Of a DNA stretch of 64,000 nt, positions 22,137-33,009 are shown one piece after another (positions within the stretch are counted from its first letter, which is position 1; every line of letters starts with the position of its first letter). Below the pieces are notes generated by a model. That model searched no databases. It saw nothing but the letters and a program-made list of their open reading frames with translations, and was not told the origin of the DNA. The DNA lies in assembly GCA_963798085.1 (NCBI GenBank), contig CAWCRS010000005.1, positions 128,001 to 192,000 on the forward strand, in the 5' to 3' direction. The position numbers and the translations under genes are program-made. The DNA is from an uncultured Gemmatimonadales bacterium (GTDB taxonomy: Bacteria; Gemmatimonadota; Gemmatimonadetes; Longimicrobiales; RSA9).

Positions 22137-23423
22137 TCAGCGCGTAATCTGTCGATAGCGACGCAGCAGTTCCTTCTGCCGTGAGTCCATGCTGATCTCA
22201 CGGCCGCGGATGAACACGCGTTCCGCCTGTGTCGTGAACTCGAACGGATCACCGGACCAGATCACGAAATCTGCCTGACGGCCCGCCTCCAGTGTGCCGT
22301 ACTGATTCTCAACATGCCAGATGCGCGCACCGTTGACGGTCACCGCGCGCAAGGCTGCATCCCAGGGCATACCGTTGGCGATAGCGTTGCCCGCAAGCTG
22401 CTTCAGGTCGCGCGAGTTGTAGGAATCGAAGCTGCCGAATGCCACCAGCACGCCGGCCGCATTCAGGCGGGCCGCGTTTTCCAGGGTGATGCCCAGGTCG
22501 TCGAAGCCGGGAAGGTTGTTCATCGGATTGATGACGACCGGCACGTTGGCCGCTGCGATGTCAGCGGCCACCATCCAGCCCTCCGCCGCGCCCACGAGCA
22601 CGACCTGCAGACTGAAATCGCGCGCCAGTCTCAGCGTCGCCAGAATGTCGCTCGCCCGGTTGACGCTTACGGCCAGCGGCAGCTCGCCGCGCAGCACCGG
22701 CTGCAGCGCCTCGAGGTCCAGGCGGGAAAGCGCATAGCCGCGTCGCTGACTGCGCTCGAAGGCCTCGCGGTTGGCGCCGTAATCGCGCGCATCCTGCAGC
22801 GCCTCGCGCAGCAGCAGCACGGCGGCGCCGCGCGAGCCGCCGGCAAGACCGGCCCCCGCTTCACCCAGGGTGGCGAACATGGCGAGCGGCGCACGCGTCA
22901 GCATGTCGCTGAGCCGTTCCTCACCCAGCGAGACGAGCGCACCCTGTCCGGCTATGAGCGAGGCGCCGTTCTGCGGCTGCACGACGGCGCGCGTGATGCC
23001 TTCCACGCGCGTGACCGGTATGGCCGTGGACAGCGGATTGATGGCGTCGCGCACGTCGAACGCCGCCGTGATGCGGCGGTCCGTGGTGGCGGCATCATTG
23101 GTGGTCGCCTCGAGTCCGATCTCGACCAGGCCGAGCGTCGTCGCATTGTCCAGAAAACCCGGTGTTATGACCTTGCCGGCGGCGTCAAGGACGCGCGCGC
23201 CGGTGGGCGCCGGGCCACCGCCCACGGAGACGATGCGTCCATCCTGGATGACCACGGTGCCGCGCTCGATGAGCGGACCGGAAACGGGGTATACGCGGGC
23301 GTTGACAATGGCCGTGATGGGGCCCTGCGCCGCGCCCGCCAGCGGCCGCGCCGCGGCGAGGGCTGCGGCTAACGCGAGCTTTGCGCACGCGCGGGGCGCG
23401 TGCCGGAACCGTCTCGCCTTCAT
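22137..23423 (-). CDS. Amidohydrolase-family protein, exported, metal ligands degenerate
   Basis: DAAGKVITPGFLD and GTLEAGRQADFVIWSGDPF present, but HxH replaced by NATT. Confidence 0.85.
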   Translation of the reverse strand: MKARRFRHAPRACAKLALAAALAAARPLAGAAQGPITAIVNARVYPVSGPLIERGTVVIQDGRIVSVGGGPAPTGARVLDAAGKVITPGFLDNATTLGLVEIGLEATTNDAATTDRRITAAFDVRDAINPLSTAIPVTRVEGITRAVVQPQNGASLIAGQGALVSLGEERLSDMLTRAPLAMFATLGEAGAGLAGGSRGAAVLLLREALQDARDYGANREAFERSQRRGYALSRLDLEALQPVLRGELPLAVSVNRASDILATLRLARDFSLQVVLVGAAEGWMVAADIAAANVPVVINPMNNLPGFDDLGITLENAARLNAAGVLVAFGSFDSYNSRDLKQLAGNAIANGMPWDAALRAVTVNGARIWHVENQYGTLEAGRQADFVIWSGDPFEFTTQAERVFIRGREISMDSRQKELLRRYRQITR

Positions 23424-24823
23424 CGGATCACCTCCGTGACCGGCTGTCCCAGTATGAAATCGCTCTTCCGGTGCGTGGCCGGATCGTTCAGGTCGTAGAG
23501 CAGCGCGCCATCGACCCAGACATCCTGGGCGCGCGCGTAGACGCTGAAGGGATCGCCGGTCCAGAGCACGACGTCTGCGTTCTTGCCCGGCTCGAGCGAG
23601 CCGGTCCAGCGGTCGACACCGATGGCTTTCGCGGGATTGATGGTGAGCCAGCGGATGGCCTTCTCATAGGGGATGTCGATGCCGGCGGCCCGGCCGGAAG
23701 CCATCGCCTTGCCGGCTTCCTGGTTGAGTCGCTGGATGCCCTGCGCGTCATCGGAATGCACAATGGCGCAGGCGCCGGCGTCCTCCATGAGCGCGATGTT
23801 CTCCTTGATACCGTCGTAAGCTTCCATCTTGAAGCCCCACCAGTCGGCCCACATGCTGCCGCAGATGCCTTCCTTCGCCAGCAGGTCGCGGATCTTGTAC
23901 GCCTCGACGGCATGATGGAAGGAGCTGATGTGGTAACCGAACTCCTTCGCAATGTCGATCATGATGGCCATCTCATCGGCGCGATAGCAGTGATTGTGCA
24001 CGAGGATGGTGCCGTCGAGGACGCCCGCGAGCGTTTCCAGCTGGAGATCGCGCTCGGGCATCTGCGCGGGATTGCTGCCGCTCTCGCGCCAGCGCTTCCA
24101 CTGGTCGCGATACTTCTGTGCGCGGATCCACGCGGCGCGGTAGCCGGCCACATTGCCCATGCGGGTGGATGGCGCGCGGCCCTTCTCGCCGTACACGCGT
24201 TTGGGATTCTCGCCGCACGCCATCTTGAGGCCGTAGGGCGCACCCGGGAACTTCATGCCCTGCACGGTGCGCGCGGGCACATTCTTCAGCGTCACGCTGC
24301 GCCCGCCGAACAGGTTGGCGGAGCCGGGCAGGATCTGCATGGCGGTGACACCGCCGGCGCGCGCCAGCTCGAACTGCGGGTCCTGCGGCCAGACGGAGTG
24401 CTCGGCCCACACTTGCGCGGTGTTAGGGTCGGTCATCTCGTTGCCGTCCTGTACGCCGCTGACGGGGGGCGCGGGGTAGACGCCCAGGTGCGAGTGGTCA
24501 TCGATGATGCCGGGTGTGACCCACTTGCCGGTGCCGTCAATGACCACAGCGTCGGCGGGCGCGCTCACCTCCCGGCCCACCTGCGCAATGCGGCCATCGC
24601 GCATGAGCAGCGAGCCGTTCTCGATGCGTGCGCCGGCGGCCGTGAGGATGGTGGCGCCGCGAATCACCGTGGTTCGCGAGGGCATTGGTGCATAGGTCGA
24701 AGGGAACGGATTATCGGAGGGCTCGCCGGCGTGCCGGGGCGAGGCGGCGGGAAGGGGGGGTCTGGGCGCTGACGCGCAACCGAGCGCGCCGGCCAGCAGC
24801 AGCACCGCAGCATACATCCGCAT
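23420..24823 (-). CDS. Amidohydrolase-family lipoprotein, catalytic motifs intact
   Basis: Lipobox-like ALGC; TPGIIDDHSH, HCYRADE, FHHAVE, HSDD. Confidence 0.9.
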   Translation of the reverse strand: MRMYAAVLLLAGALGCASAPRPPLPAASPRHAGEPSDNPFPSTYAPMPSRTTVIRGATILTAAGARIENGSLLMRDGRIAQVGREVSAPADAVVIDGTGKWVTPGIIDDHSHLGVYPAPPVSGVQDGNEMTDPNTAQVWAEHSVWPQDPQFELARAGGVTAMQILPGSANLFGGRSVTLKNVPARTVQGMKFPGAPYGLKMACGENPKRVYGEKGRAPSTRMGNVAGYRAAWIRAQKYRDQWKRWRESGSNPAQMPERDLQLETLAGVLDGTILVHNHCYRADEMAIMIDIAKEFGYHISSFHHAVEAYKIRDLLAKEGICGSMWADWWGFKMEAYDGIKENIALMEDAGACAIVHSDDAQGIQRLNQEAGKAMASGRAAGIDIPYEKAIRWLTINPAKAIGVDRWTGSLEPGKNADVVLWTGDPFSVYARAQDVWVDGALLYDLNDPATHRKSDFILGQPVTEVIR

Positions 24824-24949
24824 GGTGGACTCCGCGTGGTTGAGGGCAGGGAACGCGGCACGGTATGCGGACGGGGGCGCAGCCACAAGGCAGCGTACTC
24901 CGGCGTACGCGAAAGGCGCTGTCAGCGAAATGCGCTTCGGCTTTGCCGG

Positions 24950-25954
24950 TCAGGCCACGGCGCAGTAGTCCTTCAGCTCGATCCAGCCGGCGTTGTCGAG
25001 CGCGCTGCGGATTTCGGCGCGTGCCTCATCGCCGGCTACGGCGGCCACGGCGAATGCGCCGCGAAAGCGATGGATCTCAGTGGGGTCGATCACAGGCGCG
25101 CCGTGGATGGTCTGACCGATTTTGCGCGCGTCCAGCTCGACGAATGCGCGCACCTGCATGCCTGCGGCCGCGAAATGGCGGGCGAAGCCCTTGCCCACCG
25201 GGCCGGCGCCCCATACCACCACACCTTCGCGCTCGCGCAGCAGTGTGCGTGCGAGGTGGTGGACCTTGCACGCCTGGAAGGCGCTGACAGCGTAGCGCTC
25301 ATCGCGGCGCGACAATCGCAACTCGCTCTCCCGCCAGTCGAGCAGCACTTCGCCGACCTTTCCCAGGCCGCAGCCCGCGGCCCAGAGTCGCAGCAGCAGG
25401 TCGTAGTCCTCCGGCCAGCCGACATCGCGGTAGCCGCCTGCCTGCTCGAAGGCGCTGCGACGCAGCATCAGCGTGGGATGCGGGATCGGGCATTCGACGA
25501 AGAGGTCGCGCACGATGTCGCCGGGCCGCAGCAGCGCGTTGATCCACTGCTCGTAGCGGCGCGCGCCGTCGCGCACGTTCGCGTCCGGAAAATAGCGAAC
25601 CTGCGTGCCGCAACCGGCGAGCGATTCCTCCGCATCCAGCAGGGCAACCTGGCGCGCGAAGCGCTCGGGGTACGCCACATCATCGGCATCCATGCGCGCC
25701 AGCAGCTCGCCCGTGGCCAGCGTGTACGCCGTCTGCAGTGCCGGCACAATGCCGCGCGGCGTGGTGCGGATGGCGCGGACGCGGCGGTCGCGCGCACTCC
25801 AGGCCGCAATGATGTCAGGCGTGGCATCGCTCGAGCCATCATCGACGATGATGCACTCGAAGTCCGCGAACGATTGTGCCGCGAGCGATGCGGCGGCCTC
25901 TGCCAGCCAGGCCGCGGCATCGCGGCACGGCATCAGCACAGAAACGCGTGGCAA
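24950..25954 (-). CDS. Glycosyltransferase family 2 with C-terminal Rossmann-like domain
   Basis: VSVLMP, VDDGSSD, ARMDADD, PEDYDL; C-terminal VWGAGPVGK. Confidence 0.88.
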   Translation of the reverse strand: MPRVSVLMPCRDAAAWLAEAAASLAAQSFADFECIIVDDGSSDATPDIIAAWSARDRRVRAIRTTPRGIVPALQTAYTLATGELLARMDADDVAYPERFARQVALLDAEESLAGCGTQVRYFPDANVRDGARRYEQWINALLRPGDIVRDLFVECPIPHPTLMLRRSAFEQAGGYRDVGWPEDYDLLLRLWAAGCGLGKVGEVLLDWRESELRLSRRDERYAVSAFQACKVHHLARTLLREREGVVVWGAGPVGKGFARHFAAAGMQVRAFVELDARKIGQTIHGAPVIDPTEIHRFRGAFAVAAVAGDEARAEIRSALDNAGWIELKDYCAVA

Positions 25955-26015
25955 GTCCTCAGCTCGATTCTTCCGGCCGCCGTTCCGCCCCGATCGGTCT
26001 GCGGCCGGATACTGC

Positions 26016-26471
26016 TCAGTATCGGTCGCGACTCGCCGTAAACCCGCCCGTATCGGTGGAGGGCAGACCCGTGCTGAAACGCCAGTCGCCGGTCATGGTG
26101 TTGCCGCGCAGCCGTCCATCGTGCTGCAGGTGGAATGATACCGAGCGGCCGCTCGTCAGCAGCTGGCCGTTGAATTCGAAGCTGATGTAGCCATCGGCAT
26201 CGAGCACCGCCTCGGCGGGTGTCTGCGTGGTAATGTGTATGGTCTCGTCCCCGCCCTGCAGGTACGACCAGTCCAGCGCCACGAGGGCGCTGCCGTAGCG
26301 CTGGCGTGTGATGGTGACCTGCCCCAGCACGACATCGCCAATGAGGCCGTCGACCGTCCCCGCGTACGCGTACACGCCCTCGAAGTCGCGGCCACCCACG
26401 CCATAGATGTCCCGGCATCCTGCCACCGTCACCAGCGCCAGCACAGCCGGCGCCATCAGAAACCGACGCAT
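26016..26471 (-). CDS. Hypothetical lipoprotein
   Basis: MRRFLMAPAVLALVTVAGC lipobox; GGAGGG RBS. Confidence 0.7.
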   Translation of the reverse strand: MRRFLMAPAVLALVTVAGCRDIYGVGGRDFEGVYAYAGTVDGLIGDVVLGQVTITRQRYGSALVALDWSYLQGGDETIHITTQTPAEAVLDADGYISFEFNGQLLTSGRSVSFHLQHDGRLRGNTMTGDWRFSTGLPSTDTGGFTASRDRY

Positions 26472-26663
26472 TGCGCTCCCTCCGCTGGAGTCGTACGCGC
26501 CGGCATGTTTTCAAGCTTCGGACCACACCACGGTTGAACCCGGTGTTAACCGCGTGTGCCCGGTGACGTGCTGCTGGCGGGAGCGGCGGAGCCGCTCGGC
26601 AAGGTCGTGGTGCGTCCACTGCGGCGGACGAAACGGCGTCCACGGTGGCGGGCAAACGTCGAC

Positions 26664-29535
26664 TCAGCTGGCGGGCACGCCCGCCTCGGTGAGGCCGTAG
26701 GCCATGCGCAGGTAGCGAGCCGTGTGACTGCGCTCGTTGCGCGCCACATCCAGCGGATGACCCATTGCTACCACCCGGCCGCCGGCTTCGCCGGCTTCGG
26801 GCCCGAGGTCGATGATCCAGTCAGCCGCACGGATGACTTCGAGGTTGTGCTCAATGACGACCACGGTGTGCCCCACATCCGTCAGACGGCGCAGCACGCT
26901 GAGCAGCTTGCGCACCTCCGGGCCGGAAAGACCCGTCGTCGGCTCATCCATGATGTACAGGCGATGTCCCTGCTTGCGGCCGGCGCCGATCAATTCGCGT
27001 GCGATCTTGAGGCGCTGCGCTTCGCCACCGGAAAGCGTGGGCGCAGGCTGGCCCAGCCGCAGATAACCCAGGCCCACCTGCTGCAGCTGCCAGAGCATCT
27101 GGCCCAGGCGGTCCTCGCGGATGAAGAAGCGGATCGCTTCATCGACCGTGAGGTCGAGGACCTGGCGGATGTTCAGGTCCTTGAACTTCACTTCGAGTGT
27201 CGCGGGCTTGTAGCGGCGGCCGAGACACACTTCGCAGGGCACCCACACATCGGCGAGGAACACCATCTCGATCTGCACGAAGCCTTCACCCTGACAGGCC
27301 TCGCAGCGGCCGCCCTGCACGTTGAACGAGAAGTGCCCGCTCTTGTAGCCGCGCTGTTTCGCGAGTGGCTGCTCCGCGAAGATGTTGCGGATCTGGTCGA
27401 ACGCCTTCACGTACGTGACAGGATTGGAGCGGAAGGTCCGGCCGATGGGCGACTGATCGACGAGGACGACGCCGTCCACCAGGGCGCGGCCTTCAATGCG
27501 GTCGTACTCGCCCACTTCTTCTCCCAGGTGCAGCTTGGCGGAGGTTTCGCCATCGGCCAATTCCTTCTCCAGCGCGCGGTACAGCACATCGTGCACGAGC
27601 GTGCTCTTGCCGGAGCCGCTCACGCCGCTCACCACGGTGAGCGCGGCCACAGGTATCTCGACATCGACGCCGCGCAGGTTGTGCAGGCGGGCGCCGTACA
27701 TGCGCAGAGTGCGCGGCGTGAAGGCCGGCCGCTCCGGCGGGCGGGTCGCACCACCGTATGCGGCGAGATAATGCCCTGTTGCGGTGGCGGCGCTGCGCAG
27801 CGCCTCGTAATCGCCCTGGAAGACGATGTGCCCGCCTTTCTCGCCACTGCCCGGTCCCAGCTCAATGACGTGATCCGCGGCACGAATGGCCGACAGGTCG
27901 TGTTCCACGACTACCACGCTGTTACCGCGATCGCGCAGCTGGTGCAGCAGCGCCAGCAGGCGGTCCGTGTCGCGCGGGTGCAGGCCGACGGTGGGCTCAT
28001 CCAGCACGTACAGTGCATCGACCAGGCTGGAGCCCAGCGAATTGGCCAGACTGATACGCTGCGCTTCACCGCCGGACAGCGTGCGTGTCTGGCGCTGCAG
28101 CGTGAGGTAGCCCACACCCACGTCATCGAGGAACCGCAACCGGGAACGCAGTTCACGCAGGATCGGTTGTGCAATGCTGCGTTCCTGCGTGCTGAGCGAT
28201 TCTTCCTGGTCGGAGATCGTGCTGCCCGCCTCGAGCGCATCGACCCAGTCACGCAGTTCCCGGATGGGCAGGTCGCTGGCCTCGGCAATGGTGCGTCCGC
28301 CCACGCACACGAGCAGCGCTTCCGGCCGCAGCTTGGTGCCATGGCAGGAAGGACACGTCATTGCGGTCTGGTAATGACGCAGGAATACGCGAATGTACTG
28401 TTTGTAGCGTTTCGTCTCGCGTGAGCGCAGGAACGGTATGACGCCCGGGAACGCGCGACTGCCCTTCAGTACCGTCTGGCGGAACTTCGCCGGCAGGCCG
28501 GACCAGGGCGCATCGACATCGACGCCCTGCTCGCGCGCGAATGCGAGCAGGCGCCGCCGCTGCTTGCCATAGCGCGGCTTCTCCCATGGATCCACGGCGC
28601 CGTCGCGCAGCGAGCGCTGCTCGCATGGGCACGATGAGCGCCGGGTCGTACTCGAGGATGGCGCCGAAGCCGGTGCACGTCGGGCACGAGCCGTATGGAT
28701 TGTTGAAGGAAAACAGCCGCGGCGTGGGGTCGAGGAAGCGGATGTCGGGATGATCGGGGCAGCGGAATCGCTCCGTGAAGCGCAGCACGACGCCGTTGTC
28801 CGCGCGCACCACCAGTACTTCGCCATCGCCTTCCTTCATGGCGGTGCCCACGGAATCCGCAACACGATCGCGTTCGGCGGCCCGCATGATCAGGCGGTCG
28901 ACCACGACCAGCAGCTCCTGCGCCTCGGCCAGATCGCAGCCCGCGCCTTCGACGGTCTCCGTGCCGGGCTCATCCAGCTCGAGCATGCGGCCGTCCACGC
29001 GCAGCCGCACGAATCCGAGGGCGCGCAGATTCTCGACGATGCCCTTGTGCGAGATGCGCGCGCTGCGCGGCAGCGGGAACGTGACCAGCAGGCGGGTGCC
29101 CTCCGGCTCCTTCAGCAGCGTGTCGGTGACCGACTGCACGGTGTCGGGCAGCACACGGCGGCCGCACTCCGGGCAGTACGTCCGTCCCGCCCTCGCCCAC
29201 AGCAGGCGCAGATAGTCGTAGACCTCGGTCGCCGTGCCCACCGTGGAGCGGCTGCTCTTCGTCGGGTTCTTCTGCTCGATGGCGACGGCCGGGCTGATGC
29301 CATCGATGGAGTCGACCAGCGGCTTCTCCATACGGTCGAGGAACTGCTTGGCGTACGTGGAGAGCGATTCGACGTAGCGCCGCTGCCCCTCGGCGTAGAG
29401 CGTGTCGAAGGCGAGCGATGATTTCCCCGAGCCGCTGGGTCCGGTGAGTACGACGAGCGCCCGTCGGGGAAACTCGACATCGATCCCCTTCAGGTTGTTC
29501 TGTCGCGCATTGCGGATGACGATGCGGTCCTTCAC
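26664..29535 (-). CDS. uvrA: Excinuclease ABC subunit A (frameshift near 28620, probably sequencing error)
   Basis: [35 protein letters not shown], two LSGGEAQR signatures, zinc fingers. Confidence 0.92.
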
Positions 29536-29899
29536 GGCTCCGGCTTTCGGCTTGCGGCTGCGGGCGCGCATCGCGCGCCGGCATTTCACGGGGCGCGGTG
29601 ACAACCCTCGCGGCCCATCGACCCGTCCTATGATCGTCACCGCGGTTACGCTATCGCCAGTGGCCCGGCGTCGCGTCGCGCCACGAATACCCGCATGAAA
29701 CCGCGGCGGTCCGCAGCACGTACAGACCACGTCTTCGACCGAGCGGCAGAGAGCCGCCAGCAGTCATATCGATCCGGCAGTACATCCGCGGTACCACCTT
29801 CCCGAATCCCTTCCGGACTTGCGCAACCAGCGGCCGGGCGCCGACGTTGGCGACCGGCCGCAGTCTTTGGCGGCCATCCACTGCAACGGCGTGAGCTTC

Positions 29900-30475
29900 A
29901 TGAGTGACACTGCGGCAACGTTGCGCGTGGCCGCTCTGGTGGGCAGCCTGCGCGCGCGCTCATTCAACCGCGCACTGCTGCGTGCGGCGATTCCGCTGGC
30001 GCCGGCGGGCATGCAGTTCCAGACTTTCGACCGGCTGGGCGAGATCCCGCCCTACAACGATGACGTGCTGGAGCAGGGCGTGCCGCCCAGCGTCGTCGCG
30101 CTCAAGGATCTGATCCGGGGCGCCGACGGCCTGCTCATCGTGACACCGGAGTACAACTACGGCATACCGGGCGTTCTGAAGAACGCGATCGACTGGGCTT
30201 CGCGCCCGGCCGCGGACACGCCGCTGGCTGACAAGCCGGCCGCGATCATGGGCGTGGCCGCGCGCACCAGCGGCACCGCCCGCGCACAGTTGCAGCTGCG
30301 CCAGAACCTGGTCTTCACGAACACGCTCGTCATGGTGCGGCCGGAAGTACTGGTGCAGCACGCGGCCGAGCGGTTCAATGCGGAACTGGAGCTGGTGGAT
30401 GAACCCACGCGCAAGGCCGTGGCGGCGTTCCTCACGGCGTTCGCCGCGTGGATCAACCGCCTTGCGCGCCGGTGA
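29900..30475 (+). CDS. NADPH-dependent FMN reductase (ChrR/YieF family)
   Basis: GSLRARSFN, TPEYNYGIPGVLKNAIDWASR. Confidence 0.92.
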   Translation: MSDTAATLRVAALVGSLRARSFNRALLRAAIPLAPAGMQFQTFDRLGEIPPYNDDVLEQGVPPSVVALKDLIRGADGLLIVTPEYNYGIPGVLKNAIDWASRPAADTPLADKPAAIMGVAARTSGTARAQLQLRQNLVFTNTLVMVRPEVLVQHAAERFNAELELVDEPTRKAVAAFLTAFAAWINRLARR

Positions 30476-31650
30476 ATTCCTCGAGTGCGGACAGCGCGAT
30501 GTCGACATCGCGCTGCGTGTTGTAGTAGTGCGGCGAGATGCGCACGGCGTTCGTGGCAGCCTTTTCCTTCATGTCGATGACCGCGTACTCGCGCAGGGTC
30601 ACGCTGGTGTTGATCGCCTCCTCGCGCAGCCTCGCCACGATCTCCGCCGCCGGCTGCGGGAATTCCGCGGTGACAATGGCGCAGCGGCGGGTACCGCGGT
30701 CGAGCACGCGCACGCCCGGCAGCGCGCTCAGCCGCTCCCGCATGCCCGCCGCGAGGTCCGCGGCGTATGCACCCGCTGCGGCCACGCCCACGCGTCCTGC
30801 ATAGCGCGCCGCTTCTCCCATGCCCAGCAGCAGCGCGCAGGCAAACTCCCAGTTCTCGAAACGGCGTGCGTCCGGCGCGAGTTTCCATGCGTTGTCGTCC
30901 AGCCATTCGGCGCCACGCATGTCGACGTACAAGGGCGCACGCTGCTGCGCCAGCGCACGATCGCTCACATACAGAAAGCCCACGCCGCGCGGGCCGCGCA
31001 GGAATTTGCGCGCCGTTGCCGAGAGGAAGTCGCAGTGCAGGCTGCGCACATTGATCGGGATCTGACCCACCGCCTGGCAGGCGTCGATGAGATACGGCAC
31101 ATCCGCTTCCGCGCAGGCCTCGCCTACCGCCTCGACGGGCTGCACAAGCCCGCTGTTAGTCGGAATCCAGGTGAGTGCCACCAGTGCAGGCCGGTGACCC
31201 CGCAGATGCGTCCGCACCGACTCCGGATCGATGCCGCCCTCCGCCGCATCCTCCGCGCGCACGATGCGCACGCCCAGGCGGGCCGCCAGCGACAGGAACA
31301 TCAGCTGATTCGAGATGTAGTCGTTGCGACTGGTGAGGATGATGTCGCCTGCATGAAAATCGAACGCGGAAAGCGCCAGCGCGAAGCCGACAGTGGCGTT
31401 TTCCACCACGGCAATGTTGCGCGGCGCCGCGCCAAGGAGCGCGGCCAGGTGCGCGTAGCTCTGCTCGATCGAGGCGCTCTCCGCATCCGCGGCCTCATAA
31501 CCGCCGATTTCGGATTCCTTCCTGAGGTGCGCGGACACGGCCTCGAGCACGGTATCGGGCATCAGGGCAGCGCCCGGCGTTGTTGAGGTGAATGCGCCCG
31601 GCCATTGCCGCCGCGGTTTCGCGGCGCCAGGGCAGCGGGTCGAATTCCAT
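30453..31650 (-). CDS. Class V PLP-dependent aminotransferase / cysteine desulfurase-like (indel near 31574)
   Basis: IHLNNAG/AALMP across the frameshift; DACQAVGQ, ATARKFLRGPRG, VRISPHYYN. Confidence 0.85.
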
Positions 31651-31742
31651 GGTGCCTCTTTTCTGAGCGCGAGTCGGCGGGCGCGCATGCCGCTCGGTGG
31701 CGAGGCCAGCAGGCGGGACCGCGTGACAAGATCGGTCTTCGC

Positions 31743-32798
31743 ATGAGCGCCGAAAAGGGCGCGCCCGTCACGCCGGACGCAGCTGACCCGATGCCCGCCG
31801 CTGCGCGCATTGGCTGCGCGTTCACGCCGACCGTCTTCCGGCCGGCGTGGTGGCTGCCGGGCGCACACGCGCAGACCATTGCGGGCCGGCTGGCAAGGCG
31901 GGCCAGACCCGATGGCCTGCGGCGCGAGCGCGTGGACACCCCGGACGGCGACTTCCTCGATCTCGACATCGCCCCGCTGGCGCAACCGGGCAAGCCGCTC
32001 GTGCTGCTGCTGCACGGGCTCGAGGGCTCGGCGCGGCGCGGCTACGCGCTCGAGACCTATCGCGCGCTCGCTGCGTACGGCGTGGGCGCGCTGGGTCTGA
32101 ATTTTCGCTCCTGCAGCGGCGAACCCAACCGGCTCGCACGCTCCTATCATTCCGGCGACACGGGCGACCTGCGCTTCATCCTGGATGTGCTGACCGCGCG
32201 TTATCCGCGTTCGCCGCTGGGCATCATCGGTTTCTCACTGGGCGGCAACGTGCTGCTCAAGTGGCTCGGGGAAGAAGGCGACGACGCCGCGTCACGGGTG
32301 CGCGCGGCGGTGGCCGTGTCGGTGCCGTATGATCTGGCCGCGTGCGAGCGCGCGCTGGCGGGTTCGCGCATGGGCCGCTTCTACCTGCACCACTTCCTGG
32401 AAACGCTCGTGCAGAAGACCGAAGCCAAGGCGGCGCTGATCCAGGGCCGTATCGATCTCGAGCGGGTGCGCCGTTCGCGCACCTTCCGCGAGTTCGACGA
32501 TGCCGCCACGGCGCCGCTGCACGGCTTCGCCGGCGCCGACGATTACTACGCGCGCTCCAGCAGCGCGGGCTTCCTGGGGCGCATTCGTGTTCCCACTCTG
32601 CTGATTCATGCGCGTGATGATCCGTTCCTGCCGGCGAGCGCGTTCCCGTGGGAGGTGGTGCGCAGCAACCCGTGCATCCAGTCGCTCATCACGCCGCACG
32701 GCGGGCACGTCGGCTTCATTGCGGGCTCGCCCTGGGCACCGCGCTTCTGGCTGGAAGAGGAAGCAGCGCGTTACCTGGCGCGACAGCTCCTCGACTGA
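31743..32798 (+). CDS. YheT-family alpha/beta hydrolase
   Basis: HAQT, LHGLEGS, NFRSCSGEPN, GFSLGGN, DDPF, HGGHVGF. Confidence 0.9.
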   Translation: MSAEKGAPVTPDAADPMPAAARIGCAFTPTVFRPAWWLPGAHAQTIAGRLARRARPDGLRRERVDTPDGDFLDLDIAPLAQPGKPLVLLLHGLEGSARRGYALETYRALAAYGVGALGLNFRSCSGEPNRLARSYHSGDTGDLRFILDVLTARYPRSPLGIIGFSLGGNVLLKWLGEEGDDAASRVRAAVAVSVPYDLAACERALAGSRMGRFYLHHFLETLVQKTEAKAALIQGRIDLERVRRSRTFREFDDAATAPLHGFAGADDYYARSSSAGFLGRIRVPTLLIHARDDPFLPASAFPWEVVRSNPCIQSLITPHGGHVGFIAGSPWAPRFWLEEEAARYLARQLLD

Positions 32799-32816
32799 GG
32801 CGAGGCACGCCCTCGC

Positions 32817-32845
32817 TTGACAGAAGCCCGCGCGCTCCTTAGAGT
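32817..32845 (+). promoter_or_regulatory. sigma70 promoter of the his operon, TTGACA-N17-TAGAGT
   Basis: TTGACA at 32817-32822, 17-bp spacer, TAGAGT at 32840-32845. Confidence 0.75.
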
Positions 32846-32852
32846 CGGGGCC

Positions 32853-32924
32853 ATGAATCGCGTCGCGTTGCACCGCCATCACGCTCACCATCACGGCCGC
32901 ACGGGCCGGGACGGGGGCGTGTAG
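32853..32924 (+). CDS. hisL: His-rich leader peptide MNRVALHRHHAHHHGRTGRDGGV
   Basis: 6 His in 8 consecutive codons; sits between the promoter and the attenuator terminator upstream of hisG. Confidence 0.85.
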   Translation: MNRVALHRHHAHHHGRTGRDGGV

Positions 32925-32960
32925 CGCGCATACGCACAGCAACCGCGCGCGACGTATCCC

Positions 32961-32995
32961 AGCCGCGGCCCGTTCTCACGGGTCGCGGCTTTTTT
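32961..32995 (+). terminator. Attenuator terminator of the his operon
   Basis: AGCCGCGGCCCGT-tctc-ACGGGTCGCGGCT 13-bp stem (one G-U) followed by a T run, 14 nt before the hisG ATG. Confidence 0.85.
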
Positions 32996-33009
32996 CATCG
33001 AGGAAGGAA

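Noticed and set aside
29770..29802. T-box-like AAGGTGGTACCGCGG on the minus strand upstream of uvrA
   Set aside because: The lower antiterminator helix does not form, no Stem I or terminator is evident, and the downstream gene is unrelated to amino acid supply
29536..29907. Small ORFs between uvrA and the FMN reductase
   Set aside because: No RBS or family signature, and candidates conflict on both strands
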